The translations under genes were made by a program, and so were the position numbers. DNA of 64,000 bases from Geosiphon pyriformis uo1 (taxonomy: Eukaryota > Fungi > Glomeromycota): contig JAAOMT010000741.1 of assembly GCA_016748015.1 (NCBI GenBank), positions 584,727 to 648,726 on the forward strand, read 5' to 3'. The notes beneath the pieces were generated by a model. That model did no database searches. It saw only the letters and a list, made by a program, of their open reading frames with translations, and was not told the DNA's origin. Positions 1 through 12,099 of this stretch are shown here, piece after piece; within the stretch, counting starts at the first letter, position 1, and every line of letters begins with the position of its first letter.

Positions 1-57
1 AAAAAAAAAAAAAAAAAAAAAAAAAACAGGATCCCCGAAGAATCAAGATTCTTTGTT

Positions 58-1581
58 TTAGAATAACGGGAATTTTTCACGATATATATCATGACACGGT
101 TTCCCGTAAGGTTCACGTTCTTCGGGATACATATCAAAATTACTTGTGTCCCCATCACCGTTCACATGTGGAATATAAGGTGCCTCAATGTCTTGCCTTA
201 ACAGTCGATCCCAATCCACCCCTTTGAACCAATTATGATTCTTGATGTCCTCACTACCGCCTTTTAAATTTCCGAACCGTTTACTGAGATCGGCGGTAAG
301 CAACCGTTTCAGCAGATCTTTCACGACGGGTTCAAAAAAGTTTGGATATTTCACTCGACCCCCCAAAATTTTTTCGTAGAGACGCATATGATCCTCATCG
401 TAAAATGGTGGGTAACCAGCTAACATTTCGAAAATTAGAACGCCTAATGAGTACCAATCCACGGCTTTGCTATATCCTTTCGATTGAATTACTTCTGGTG
501 CAAGATAATCTGGTGTACCACATAACGTCCAAGTGATGTCGGGTACGTGTTTAGCGAAACCGAAATCGGTTATTTTTATGTGTCCGTTACGATCCAATAA
601 TAAATTTTCGGGTTTCAGATCACGATAGATGATATCCTTTTCATGTAAATATTCAAATGCTAGTAATACTTCTGCAGCATAGAATTTGGCTACATGATCA
701 GGAAAGCGCTAATCGTTCATGATTGCGGATTGCAATAAGAAAAAGGCTTTAGGTCTTAATGAATTTTTCTATGCAGCACTAGTGTTACGGAGACTTCAAA
801 ATACCTGTGTTTTTCGAAGCACGCTAAACAGTTCGCCACCGACAACATAATCCATTACCATGTATAAATTTGCGGAATCTTGAAAGGTGCCCCATAAACC
901 AACCAAGAAAGGATGATTAATTTGTTCGAGAATACGTTTCTCATTATTTGTATGCTCCACTTGTTTAAGACGTACGACTTCGGATTTTTTTAAAACTTTC
1001 ATTGCATAGAAATCTCGATTATGATTTGATTGTGCCAGATGAACCCGTCCAAACGAGCCGGTCCCTAATGTTCGACATAGCTCAAAATTGGCTAGAGATA
1101 ATTCTCGGTTGAATGACAATTCCGGGTCAGTTTCTAGTGGGTGTCGAGTGTTTCGAAGTTTTTGTGCAAGAGCTTGAACACCATTATCTGGTGTTGTATT
1201 ATTGCTATTCGGTACACTCTGTTGTTCTTCTAGCGTATTATTATTCTCAGGCATATTTATATCTTCTGTTTCGGGATGGTGGTGGTGGTGGTGAGGCTGA
1301 TTCAGTGTTGAAGTTGATGACAAAATATGGTTTTTATCTATTCCTTTTTGCGTAATCCCGTCCGATTTTTCTATTATATTACCAGCTGTTGTATTACTTT
1401 TACACTTAAGAACTTTTAGAGATAAAGATTTGACAGTATTTGGTGACGGTGACTGCGAACCAACAATAGTATCCGAAGGGGAAGGCGAGATGTTGTTTGT
1501 TGAATATGGACCACTGCCGAAGTTATATTTTGGTGATATCCGAACGGAAAGTCGTTGGAAAAAGGACATAGCAACAGGCAT
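58..1581 (-). CDS. pkaC: cAMP-dependent protein kinase (PKA) catalytic subunit, 2 exons (1581-805, 708-58)
   Basis: Motifs [41 protein letters not shown] and the C-terminal AGC tail (DTSNFD..F). The GT-AG intron 804-709 restores ...[18 protein letters not shown]. Long low-complexity N-terminus with a His6 run. Confidence 0.96.
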
Positions 1582-2491
1582 GTGTTGGAGAGTTAGGGTT
1601 GTAGTTAAAGTAGTGACAAGCCAAAACCGATATACTTTTGGCAGTTATTACTGTACACCCTTTTTTTTTTTGCTTGTCTTTCCAGTTGGGGAGCTTCTCC
1701 TGCTTCAATATTCCTAAAGAAACGAACCGAAAAAGTCAAAAAAGTTTTTAACAGAGGTCTTGATTTGTTAATTAGTGTATCGTATCCGTGCACGGTGAAT
1801 ATGGTTTTTTACCACTTTCGGAAACTTCATCGGCGACAAGCTTTTCAAGAAATCTTTTTATAGACACGTTCTGCTACGCTTGTTATAATGTTAGATATAT
1901 CCAGTAGAAAGGTCTAGGTTAAAATAAAAAATTTTTTTAAATGCAATTGTCTCCGGGAAAATATCCACTTTTAGACCTTTCGCAGTTGAACAAACATAAT
2001 TTTGTGTAAGCCATTGTGCATCATTGTTCATGCCCACTTATCGCGCTAAAATAAGGTGTATAACTGAGAACGTTAAGTATAAGGTTGTATCCGTGGTTCA
2101 GTTTAGAATTTCTGTGTAAAAATAATGTATTTAATGTATCGCGAAAGTCCGAAAAGATGACCTGATTAGAGAAAGTTCGAATGAAATCGCAAATTTCACA
2201 AGTTGACAAATTTGTTTTGAATTGAAAGCATGGCTAAACTTGTTAAAAATTGATGTACAGTAGTTCTAGAAGGAAAGCTCTAGAACTCACTGTATAAAAA
2301 CTACTCAGTCCCTCAAAAATATACTATTGGAAATATCAGCTAGAAGGCCAGCTTATAAGATTAGGGTTTAAGAGCAAAATATTCGGTTACACGGATTTGA
2401 AAAAGGAATTAATCCGCTTCTGATCCCACAAAACTACAGTAATTTAAAGAACTCCTCATAAATTCTTTTTGTGATATTCTCCTAAATTTAA

Positions 2492-4063
2492 TTATCCCAT
2501 TTGTCTATATTCATTTGGATCGATTACTGGTCTACACTTATACCCAAGCTTATCCATCCCCCGTCGCCAGTGTATATACAATTGTAAAACTTTATCAGCA
2601 GGCCGGAACCCACTACTCGCTGTCCAGGCATCATCGATTTCGCCACAAAACAAACGCCAACTATCTTCAGCGTATTGCCCCATTCCAAATAGCTCACGAG
2701 GGCTTTTAAAATTCGGATTTTTTAAATATGATTCAGAAAATCTTAAAATCCGTTTTGCTCTAACATTTCTTTGAATTTGCAAAAACAAATTGATTCAACG
2801 TTATTTGATGTAAAAATTACAAAAAATAAAATTCTTTAGCTATCAATGGAAATGCTCACTGTAATCCAAGAGGTTTGAGAAAAGCAGCCAATTCCTTGAT
2901 ATCAACTTTTAAGGCTTCTTGGGGGGATCTATATCGTTCAAAAAATTCCCATAAAAGAGGCACAGCTTTTGTACCTCTTGTTCTGTTCAAGAACATTGTC
3001 GCGATTAAATGCTATAAAATTGAACATATTAGTTAATATCAAATAACCATCCAACCATTGTGAAAATGCTAACCTTCCAAGGGTCATAAAATAATGTTTC
3101 TTGTACAAGATTCAAGGGTGATTGCATGGGAATAAATTTTGGAACCCATTCTCGTTTAGGGTACACAGGTTTATTAAGGTTATGGTTATTATCCTCTTCT
3201 CTTTTCTCAATATCAAGGCTTTTTGATTTAACTAGCTCTTCAGTTGCTTCTGATTGTTTTTCTATTTTGTTAGCCAATGTGGCTATTGAAGAGGAAGAGA
3301 CAGACATGTCTAAATTGGCTTTCCGTTGTACTTTAGATGATGTTTTTGAAGAAAATGATTCTAGTACTTTTTCATCAGCTTTGCTTTTTTTATTCCTTTT
3401 TTGATCTATAATTGAAGGTGATACAGATATCTCCCGATTTTTAGCATCTTGAATACGACAATATCTCAATTGCAATTCAATGCTCTTTTGAATCAGGTCT
3501 TTCTCTTGTTTTTTCTCAAAATTATTTTCCTGGGATTTTTCACCGGATCTTTCTATTTCTTTTAATGAATCTAAGTCAGGAAAATTTCTACTATTTTTAA
3601 AATGTGTGCTTGTAATTGGCCCGTCTTTTTGGTATGTCTCACTTTGGACTGAGGTTGAGTCATTGTTAAATGTAGATACTTTTTTTACGGAAAAATATGG
3701 TGAAATTCTGGTATTTTTCACAGTACAAAACCTTGCATCTCTCTGATTTTTGAATGATGATTTGGCAAGGCGAATTCTTTTGCAATTATTAATTTTATTA
3801 AATTTTCTTTTTTCTTCAACCATTTCTTTAATAATGGGAATTGATTGAGGTTCGGAAGGGGGTGCTTTCACAGTTAAAAAATAAGGCGAGATTTTTTCAG
3901 CAGCCTTCAGACTTTTTTTTGCCCCTCGTTTAAGCGGTGAAGGCTTAATACTACTTTGTACGCTTTCATCTTTAAAATTTTCACCTTTATTATGCGTAGA
4001 TTCCACGGATGATATTGTTTGTGGATGAATGTGAACTGTATGATGGATTAAGTTAACTTTCAT
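2492..4063 (-). CDS. MBD4: MBD4-like HhH-GPD DNA glycosylase (no recognisable MBD domain), 3 exons (4063-3074, 3011-2860, 2768-2492)
   Basis: Spliced C-terminus SPLNLVQETLFYDPWK/HLIATMFLNRTRG...LKPLGLQ/NVRAKRILRFSESY...ELFGMGQYAEDSWRLFC...PADKVLQLY matches the MBD4 glycosylase domain. The basic N-terminus has repeated ISPYF motifs, as in plant/fungal MBD4-like proteins. Confidence 0.88.
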
Positions 4064-4403
4064 ATTTTGAATATGATATCTCGAATTGGGTTAAGAAGCA
4101 AGCATGAGGGAAAAAAGATTATGGAGAATTTTGGATTTGACGGGATCTACATCACAAGGAGGATCAATCCAAAATATGAAATTCAAAAATAAATAAATAA
4201 ATATTTCATTAATTAAAATTATTGCTGTTTAATTAGCTCTAAATAGCTCATACAATCAATTGATGATTAAAAGATTCTTTCGAGAATCAAGTTTAAAATT
4301 AATAAATATTGTAAAATAAATAAATAAATTCTTTGACATAATTTTCCATGATAGGAATTTAATTTTTAAATCTTCCAAATTTCTACTTTTTTTTTACGAT
4401 AAA

Positions 4404-5691
4404 TTACTTCGCACTTCCCTTCTAAAAATTTTCAAAATTCAATCATTAAAAAATTAATTAAATATAAAAAAACCTAGAAAAATAGTTGTCACTTGCCGGG
4501 ATTTCTTTAATCGATTCAATCACGTAGCTTGATTTATACCGAGCTAAATCTTGGGATCGTAAGGAATAATGGGTACTCCCGAAATATTGTTTACAACCGG
4601 GTAAGAAACGTAGAATTATCGCAAGATCATGATCAGGCGATTGTTTTGGTAGCGAGTAGGCGCCAGAATGGCCAAGTGCTTTTAAGATCATGATAAAAAA
4701 TTATGTTAATTAGATTTTTGAGAATAAAAGCTAAAAACTTTAGAATGAGAATATCAAGATTCAAAGTGTCACCTTTAACAACATCAGAATCAGCTGTATA
4801 AATTCCAGTACCCCAAATAGCTTTTGTCGATGCATAGGTAAAGGTCAAGTAATCGGCAGGTACCAGTAATTCCACAGCTTCACCATCATCTCCAATTACT
4901 TTACGAGAAGGATAAATAATTACTCGTGGCTCTGCTTTTATAAATGAACTCAAGTTTCCAACTTCTTGCTGTCGTTGTCTGTCAATTTCTATTTCAAAAT
5001 TTTAATTAATTAATTAATTTATTTATTATTTATTTATTTATTTATTTATGATTGAAGAAAGTTTTCATGCATTTCCAAGACTTTTACTTGAAACAGTTTG
5101 ATTTGTGACTTCTTCAACAATCTTTGGCAAATTTTCATTGAACCATTTATGTAGAATCCCTTCAGCGATTTCAATTACATCATCACTTGCATTTATCTAG
5201 TGTTTAAAATGAAGAATTTTTTGAATATTTCAAACCAGAAAAACTTTGAGTTATATAGAAATATTTAGTCACCTTTTGGAAATCAAACCCAACTGATTCA
5301 GGTTTCAATGGTTTTACTACCAAATCAAATCTCAAAATAACTCCATTAAATGAAGGTGGATTGTTTAATGTCCCAGCGATTTCGGCATCGGATGAAATCA
5401 CAATTAAGTCACCTTCTTCATCTATAAAACTAAGTCCAAGTTTGACATAAGGGGAGACATTGAACATTTCACGAAGCTAATAAAGACAAAAAAAAAGTTT
5501 AATAATTTTTGATCTGAGAATTATAGTAATTTTAAATTAAATTCCTCAATTGATTTCAAAAGATTCAACCGAATTACCTGTTCTTCAACTTCGGACCATT
5601 TTACATTTTGTGATAAGGTCACTTTTCTATTCTCTAATTCACCCTCAGGATTAGTATATCGGATTTTGACATTGACAACTGCACCGCCCAT
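4404..5691 (-). CDS. PB1-domain protein with C-terminal Rxt3/LCCL-like domain (exons 5691-5578, 5476-5273, 5196-5088, 4988-4773, 4678-~4497; ends at 4458, or at 4404 via a GC-AG intron)
   Basis: In-frame GT-AG splicing. The N-terminal VNVKIRY...LSFIDEEGDLIVISSDAEI carries the PB1 lysine and OPCA motif. The C-terminal IWGTGIYTADSDVVKALGHSG...DLAIILRFLPG..YFGS...SYVIESI resembles Rxt3/LCCL. Confidence 0.75.
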
Positions 5692-6250
5692 GATCAAAGA
5701 TTGTAGAGAAAAATTGTAAACTTGTGAAGGTGATACTAAAACAAATATGTAACTTTTTATAAATTTCTAAAACAGTAAAAGATTAAAATATCTATGGTAC
5801 TTATAATATTCAGAATTTGCAATCTTTGTTTAATATATTTATGTTTGTACCCCACCTCTCGAATTCGTGTCTCTGATAATACTTTTACAAATTTAACACT
5901 GCATCAAAAAAAACTTTATTTCATTAAATCACCAAAGTCAAGTTCAAAAATTTTTTACATCATGAGATTCTTCCAATAAAGAACTTATTCCAACACTGAT
6001 AATTTAAAAAAAAAAAAAAAAAAAAAAAGGCTTAAATCCTGGTCATGATACATTTAGCTTAGGGAAAAAAGGATTTTTTAAATAAAAACTTTTCCATTTA
6101 TTATCCGTTATTATGTCACAGATTTTTATTCAAAATTTCCATCTTTAATTTGAAAAAAGTAAACATTTCGAATAAAAGAATCTCCCAAAAATTATAAACA
6201 AGTAAAATATTATTGTCAAATGACTCTTTTCAACTTTATAATATAGCAAC

Positions 6251-6257
6251 AAAAAAA
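6251..6257 (-). terminator. RNA Pol III oligo-T terminator of the 5S gene
   Basis: T7 run on the minus strand a few nt 3' of the 5S end. Confidence 0.7.
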
Positions 6258-6262
6258 TGTCA

Positions 6263-6381
6263 ATATTACGGCACCCTGTATTCCCGCGTGGTCCCCCACC
6301 GCAGTACTGACAGAGCCATCAGTGGCTTAACTTCGGAGATCGGACGGGTTCCGGTGCTTTTCACTGTGTATGGCCGTAATT
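6263..6381 (-). rRNA. 5S rRNA gene (dispersed copy)
   Basis: The reverse complement reads ATTACGGCCATAC...CACCGGAACCCGTCCGATCTCCGAAGTTAAGC...GTCAGTACTGCGGTGGGGGACCACGCGGGAATACAGGGTGCCGTAAT. It has a complementary terminal helix I, box A/IE/box C and is ~119 nt. A TATA-like element lies at ~6401-6410. Confidence 0.95.
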
Positions 6382-7210
6382 AAATTTTCTTCAAATATAT
6401 GTTATATATACAATAGTCAACTCTGGTTTTAATAAAATTTGAGCAATGTAGAACAGAAATAATGCTTGGATTGACAACACATCAAGATATTGATAATAAT
6501 ATTCTTTAAACAAAAGCAAAATTTTTCGTTAGCTACTTTTTTATTGATAAAATGATTAATAATAAAACTAAGTTTTTTTTGGTAAATAAGACTTTCCAAA
6601 TATTAATTTGCTCTAAAATAACAAAACACAAAAAAAAATATCGTATTTTCATTTTCTCTTTTATAAATAAAACTGAAACCAAAAAAAAAATGAATTTTGC
6701 TTTTATTTATCAACACATAACACTTTGTTCAATGCAAAATTTTAATGTTAATAATCTTTCTGTTTATTATTTTTGACAAAAAAAAAGCTTAAATAAAAAA
6801 CAATATTTTTTCAATAATAACATTGTTTTTAGACTTGACAATAAATTAAATTAAATTAAAACAATAAAAAATTTTAATGTTAATTATAATGTAGCAATAT
6901 GTATTATTCTTAATGAGACTTAAACAAAATTAAATAATCTACAAGTTGATTTCTTTTTGTTAAATATTATTATAATTCTTTAATTTTGTGATGTTTAAAA
7001 TTATCTATTTATTAAAGTGACAATACAAATATCTTTTTTATTCAAAACTAAATAAATGCATATGGTAATGTACAAAATAGTATAACAAAAAATTTATTTA
7101 ATGTAATATTTCAAAGACATAATCTATAATATTATTATAACATACTCAAGAGTTGAACTTTTTTTTTTTTTACAAACATTGCCAAATTACAGTTAATTCT
7201 TTCATATTCT

Positions 7211-9192
7211 TTACAAGCTCTCAATATAAAGTAACGCATCAGTGGTGCCCTTTGGATAATCGACCAGATTTTTGAGAACGCCTCTAGTTGCCATTTCTTT
7301 GATCAATTTTTGCATTTCGGCTGGAGATTTATTTCCATTTTGACTGATTATAGTAGCAATAAAACCAGCGACATGTGGTGATGCCATGCTCGTACCAGAC
7401 ATTGATTTTACTGGGACATTATTTTCCGTTGTCCAATCAGAAGTTATATTTTGACCTTGAAAACATATATTATTTAAATCTCAAAAAGTAAGTATTTTAA
7501 AGTTTTATGAATAAGAGAAAATTTTATCTACCAGGAGCAAACACATCGACACATGGCCCACCATTCGAAAATTTAGCAATATGGTCAGTTATGTCTGTCG
7601 CCCCAGTTGTGATAGCTTCTGGAGCCGAACTTGGTGAGAAATAGCAAGAGTTCGCACCAGCATAGTTTCCAGCAGCCACCACCACATGTATACCCATTTC
7701 AGTGAGAGCTTTGACTGCCATATTGGCTGGTATGAAATATCTTCCAGTCAGAGAGAGACTAAAAATAACAGATTATTCAAATTATGAAGGAAAGGAATTT
7801 TAAAACTGAAAGGCAGAAACTAGTAATAGTACTTGACAATAGTTTGTTTCCTTTTATCAACTTTATGTTGTTCCGCGACCCAGTTCATCGCCGTAATTAC
7901 TTCACTCCACGCCCCACTACCAATATTGGATAGAGCTTTCACAGCAATTACATTTGCTAGCTTGGCTACACCATATTTTGATCCTGTAAAAAATTATTAT
8001 TTTAGAATTGTTTTTAACCACTAAAGCCCTCCAAATATGTCATCTGAATTGTATACCTGCTATAATTCCTGCCACATGAGTTCCATGTCTATTTGGATTT
8101 TATTCAATTTAAATGAACAGAAAGTTAAATTCTTGGAAAGTTGAACAATTATAATTACCCATAATCATCAAAGCTAGGCGCATTAATTCGAGTGGTTACT
8201 CCCCACTTGGCACGTCCTCCAAAGTCGGAACTCATTGTATTGATTCCTCTATATACCAATATTGAGTTTAACATATTTTCAGGCTAATATCAAGCAGATT
8301 TTCAAAAAAAGATTAATTCAATCGTCTACACAATTTTTTTGGAACTTACGTGTCAATAACATAAACTTTTACATGTCGACCACCAGCAACCGGCGAAGCG
8401 TAAAGAGTATCCAAAGGAAGGGTCCGTTGGTCAATACGGTCCAAATTCTAATAAAAAATAACGGAATGCAAAAAAAAATTTATATTAAAGTTATGATTAC
8501 TAAACAAAAACACTAACCCAAGGTGCATCATTTTGAACTCGCGTTCCAAACTTTTCAGATTGTTCGTCTCCTTCAAGAGCATTTTCCTCAGGTTCAGGTT
8601 GTTCATCTTTTTCAAGAGCATTTTCCTCACGGTCAGGTTGTTCACCTCCTTCAAAAGCATTTTCCTCACGTTCAGATTCATTCAAATCTTCCAAGGCAAT
8701 GTGCACTTCACCATCTGCCGTCACATATGCAATCTCCTCACGTTGTTGCAAAATTTCGGCAACAGCAGGTGTAAACTCACCAACGTACCCGCGAAAACTT
8801 TCACCGATAGAAAATTGGTGCACAATGTCTTGAGAGGCGATTTCTTTTTGGTGAGTATTTCGTTGTTCAAAGCGATTTGAGTCATAAGAAGTTGTCATGA
8901 TCGTGGATAAAATATCAACTACATGTTTGTTGTGGTTTTCTGCTAACCAAGCGAAATGTTCATCGTAAATTGAGGTTTTTTGAGACTTTGAATCGGAGGA
9001 AGTTGCAGTAGCAGAAACAGCTGGATTTGATCCCTCATTGACTAGATCAGGGACAAAAACCACAATGTATCGTTCCTGATTTGGCTCAGTAGCTGATGAA
9101 TTTACTTTTGCTTCTTTACCAGGTGGAACAGCATTGGCAAAGAGCGCTAGTAAAGAACAAAGGAAGAATAAAATGTAAGCATTTTTCAGCAT
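7211..9192 (-). CDS. Secreted subtilisin-like serine protease (S8A, proteinase K-type) with I9 propeptide, ~7 exons
   Basis: Signal peptide MLKNAYILFFLCSLLALFANA, I9 propeptide (RYIVVF...FRGYVGEF), and catalytic motifs VYVIDT/G, HGTHVAG, VVAAGN and SGTSMASPHVAG, joined by GT-AG introns. Confidence 0.94.
8554..8683. repeat. 39-bp coding tandem repeat (~3.3 copies) in the subtilisin gene
   Basis: Units start at 8554, 8593, 8632 and 8671. They encode the acidic (E/D)(R/P)EENA(F/L)ExxEQP repeat. Confidence 0.9.
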
Positions 9193-10726
9193 ATTGTGAA
9201 CTATACTTGATATAGATGAAGATTCTTTAGTAGTTAAGATTATTTGATTCTTTTTGCAAGAATTTCCGAAATAACCAATTCTTTAGTTTTAACTATTGGC
9301 CAAAAATCTCATCAAGCAGTAAGGCTTTATGATAAACCTTCCAAAAATTAACCTCTTTAAATTTCTATAACCAGAAATACTGGCCATTTTGTCTTTATCG
9401 TCTTAAACGCCAATTATAAGCCAATTGTGATATATTACAAGTCTTTGAATAGCCTTGGGAATTGGGCTCCGATGTGTTTTTCGAAATTTTGATTTATTGA
9501 AACAAGTCTTGATATTTCGCTCTTGATAAAGCAGCCTCGTTTATCATCCTATCAACCAAATTGCTATTACGTATGTGTTGGATTCTGAAAATTATAAGTA
9601 ACAGTACAGATTTCTTTTGCAATTCTCAAGACTTTAATTTAAAGGTAATATTTGGGGTAAAACTGCAACAAAACCAGACAAAGTGAACATTCTGTGGCTT
9701 GGTGTTCAAGCTGATGTTGTTATGTTTTTTCCTCCTCAGTGCTAAAAATACTAATATCCCTGTTATTCCTGGTATTCAGTTGGAATTAATCACATAAATA
9801 ATATTTGGCCCGAATTTCTCTCTTCTCTTTAGCTAATTCTTGCTTAATTTCTTTTATTCTTTGAGTTTTACTTTCTTCTTGCCCTTAATTGCTTTACTTG
9901 GTTTTGAATTCATTTCATCTTTTAATATAGGTTAAATTTTTGCATTTTTATCAAGTTCCTCTTAGGAATTATTAGTCAGGCTAAGTCGGCGTTTTTAACC
10001 GATTTTCATCCTCTTCTTTTACTAATTGTCAATAAACTTGAAATGCTTGCATCACGAACTCGGCAAACCTTTCGGACTTTCTTTTTGGGTTGACCGAAAT
10101 CTCTAGTTCTATTTCTTTCTCGTCTCTCATGTAGCAAGAGCTCTGGATCTCCCATTTTAGGGGATTATTTGCCTTCAAGTCTGCCATCTCTGTAAGTTCA
10201 GTAATTTGTAAAGAACCACCTTTCCACAATAATGACTAAAGTAGCATTTACTGGTGTTTGGTCGTCTGAACGAATAAATCTTACGTTCTTTAATGGTGAT
10301 TGTCCTTCCAATCTCTTTCAGGAAATTCAATTTTTTTGTTATTAATATAGAGTTGATTCTAATCTATCAATCAAGTTATCTTTGGTTAAAATATTATTAA
10401 TTTTATCTTGATGTGTATTTCATATCTTTGAATTTGATAAATGAATAATCATTCTGATAAAAGTATTCTTAATGCTCAAAAAGACACAACACAGAAAATG
10501 ACGTTAGAAATTTCTGATTTACCAGTTTTCAATATCTTTAAGCTCATTAAAAATTTCATAATCTTAAAATTAAATCTTATTTTATAAGGTTTCAAAATAT
10601 TGAAATAATCAACCTAACAATGTTTAATTTTTTTTACCATGTTATAATATGATTTACATAATCTATTGTTATTTTATAAAATTATCATTTTATTTAAATT
10701 TAATTCAATATTTTTGCAATAATGAA

Positions 10727-10789
10727 AATAATAATAATAGCAATAATAACAATAACAACAACAATAATAATAATAATAATAATAATAAT
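10727..10789. repeat. (AAT/AAC)n microsatellite within an extremely AT-rich block (~10560-12070)
   Basis: Directly visible trinucleotide run. Confidence 0.85.
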
Positions 10790-12099
10790 TTTTAAATCTT
10801 TTTTAAAAAAATTCATTTTTGTATTTAATAATGTTTTTTTATTGTTTTAACAAAATGTAGTTTTTTTACTGTTTATAAAATTATTATTTAAGTGAATTAT
10901 ATGTTTTTAATACATTAATAAATAATTATTTATTTTTGATTTGTGTTTTCAACTTATTTATATAAATATTTAAAACTTTGTTTACTATATTATAAATATT
11001 TAAAAAATAAGGTTTGTATTTGTATTTAAATTAATTAAGGTTTTTAAGCAAATTAATAACTAAATTAAAAATACATTTAATTTAAGTTTTCAAAAAAACA
11101 AACCAGATTTTAATGTTATAATTAAATTATTTTAATAAACAAAAAAATTATATTTTTTATTAAAATTATTAAAAAGTTTAGATTGTAAAATAATAAAAAA
11201 ATAACAGTTTTAACATAAAATATCAAATTACTAAATTAATATACTAAATTTTAGATGTAACAAAAAACTTAAAATATTACAATAAGTATTTTAGTTTTTA
11301 TTTTATTATATTAATCTTTATAATTAGATAATTTAATGACTTAATTAAGTAAGATTATATATATAAAAATATATTTTATTTTATTTTTAAATTAGTAACA
11401 ATTAATTAAAATTTATCATATTAAACAATACAACTAAATACTAATTTACATAAATTTTAACAAATATATTATTGCTATTATTATTTACATATAAAACAAG
11501 ATATAAAAATATAAAAAAAAAAAGCCAAAGATTTATTTTTTAGAAAAAAAACAGATTTCAAATAATAAGAAAAATTGTTTTTTAGCACTTTAAAAAAAAG
11601 AAAAAATAACTTTTTTATTGCTTTGGTTTTTTTGTTATTTAAAGTAAAAAGATTTGTTTTAAAAAAAATAGCTTGATTATTAAATTTTAATGTACTGTTT
11701 TAAAAAACTTTAAAAACAAAATGTATTTTTTTAATAATCAAAAACTGCTTTGTTTTTTTATTACTTAAGAAAAGTGTTTTACCCAAAGGTTATTTAGCTA
11801 TTTTTATAGTTGTAAGAGCTTTTTAGATAATATTACTGTTAAAAACCAAAGAAAAATAGAAGTTGCTTTTTTTTGAGAAAAAGAGTTTTTTTAATAATAT
11901 TAACAAATATATATAAATCTGTTTAATATAATAAATTTATAGCAAAAAATTATTTTTTATCAATATTTTAAATAAATGAAATTAATTTTAAATATTTTGG
12001 ATGCTTTTTAAATTACTATAATATCATCTATTTTTAAAAATATCTTGCTTTTTCATATTTACATTGTTATTTATGTAAATCCGGGCGTGCCTACAATAC

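Noticed and set aside
1-26. Poly(A) runs at 1-26 and ~6006-6028 as retro-insertion tails
   Set aside because: No element body or TSD is visible; simple homopolymers.
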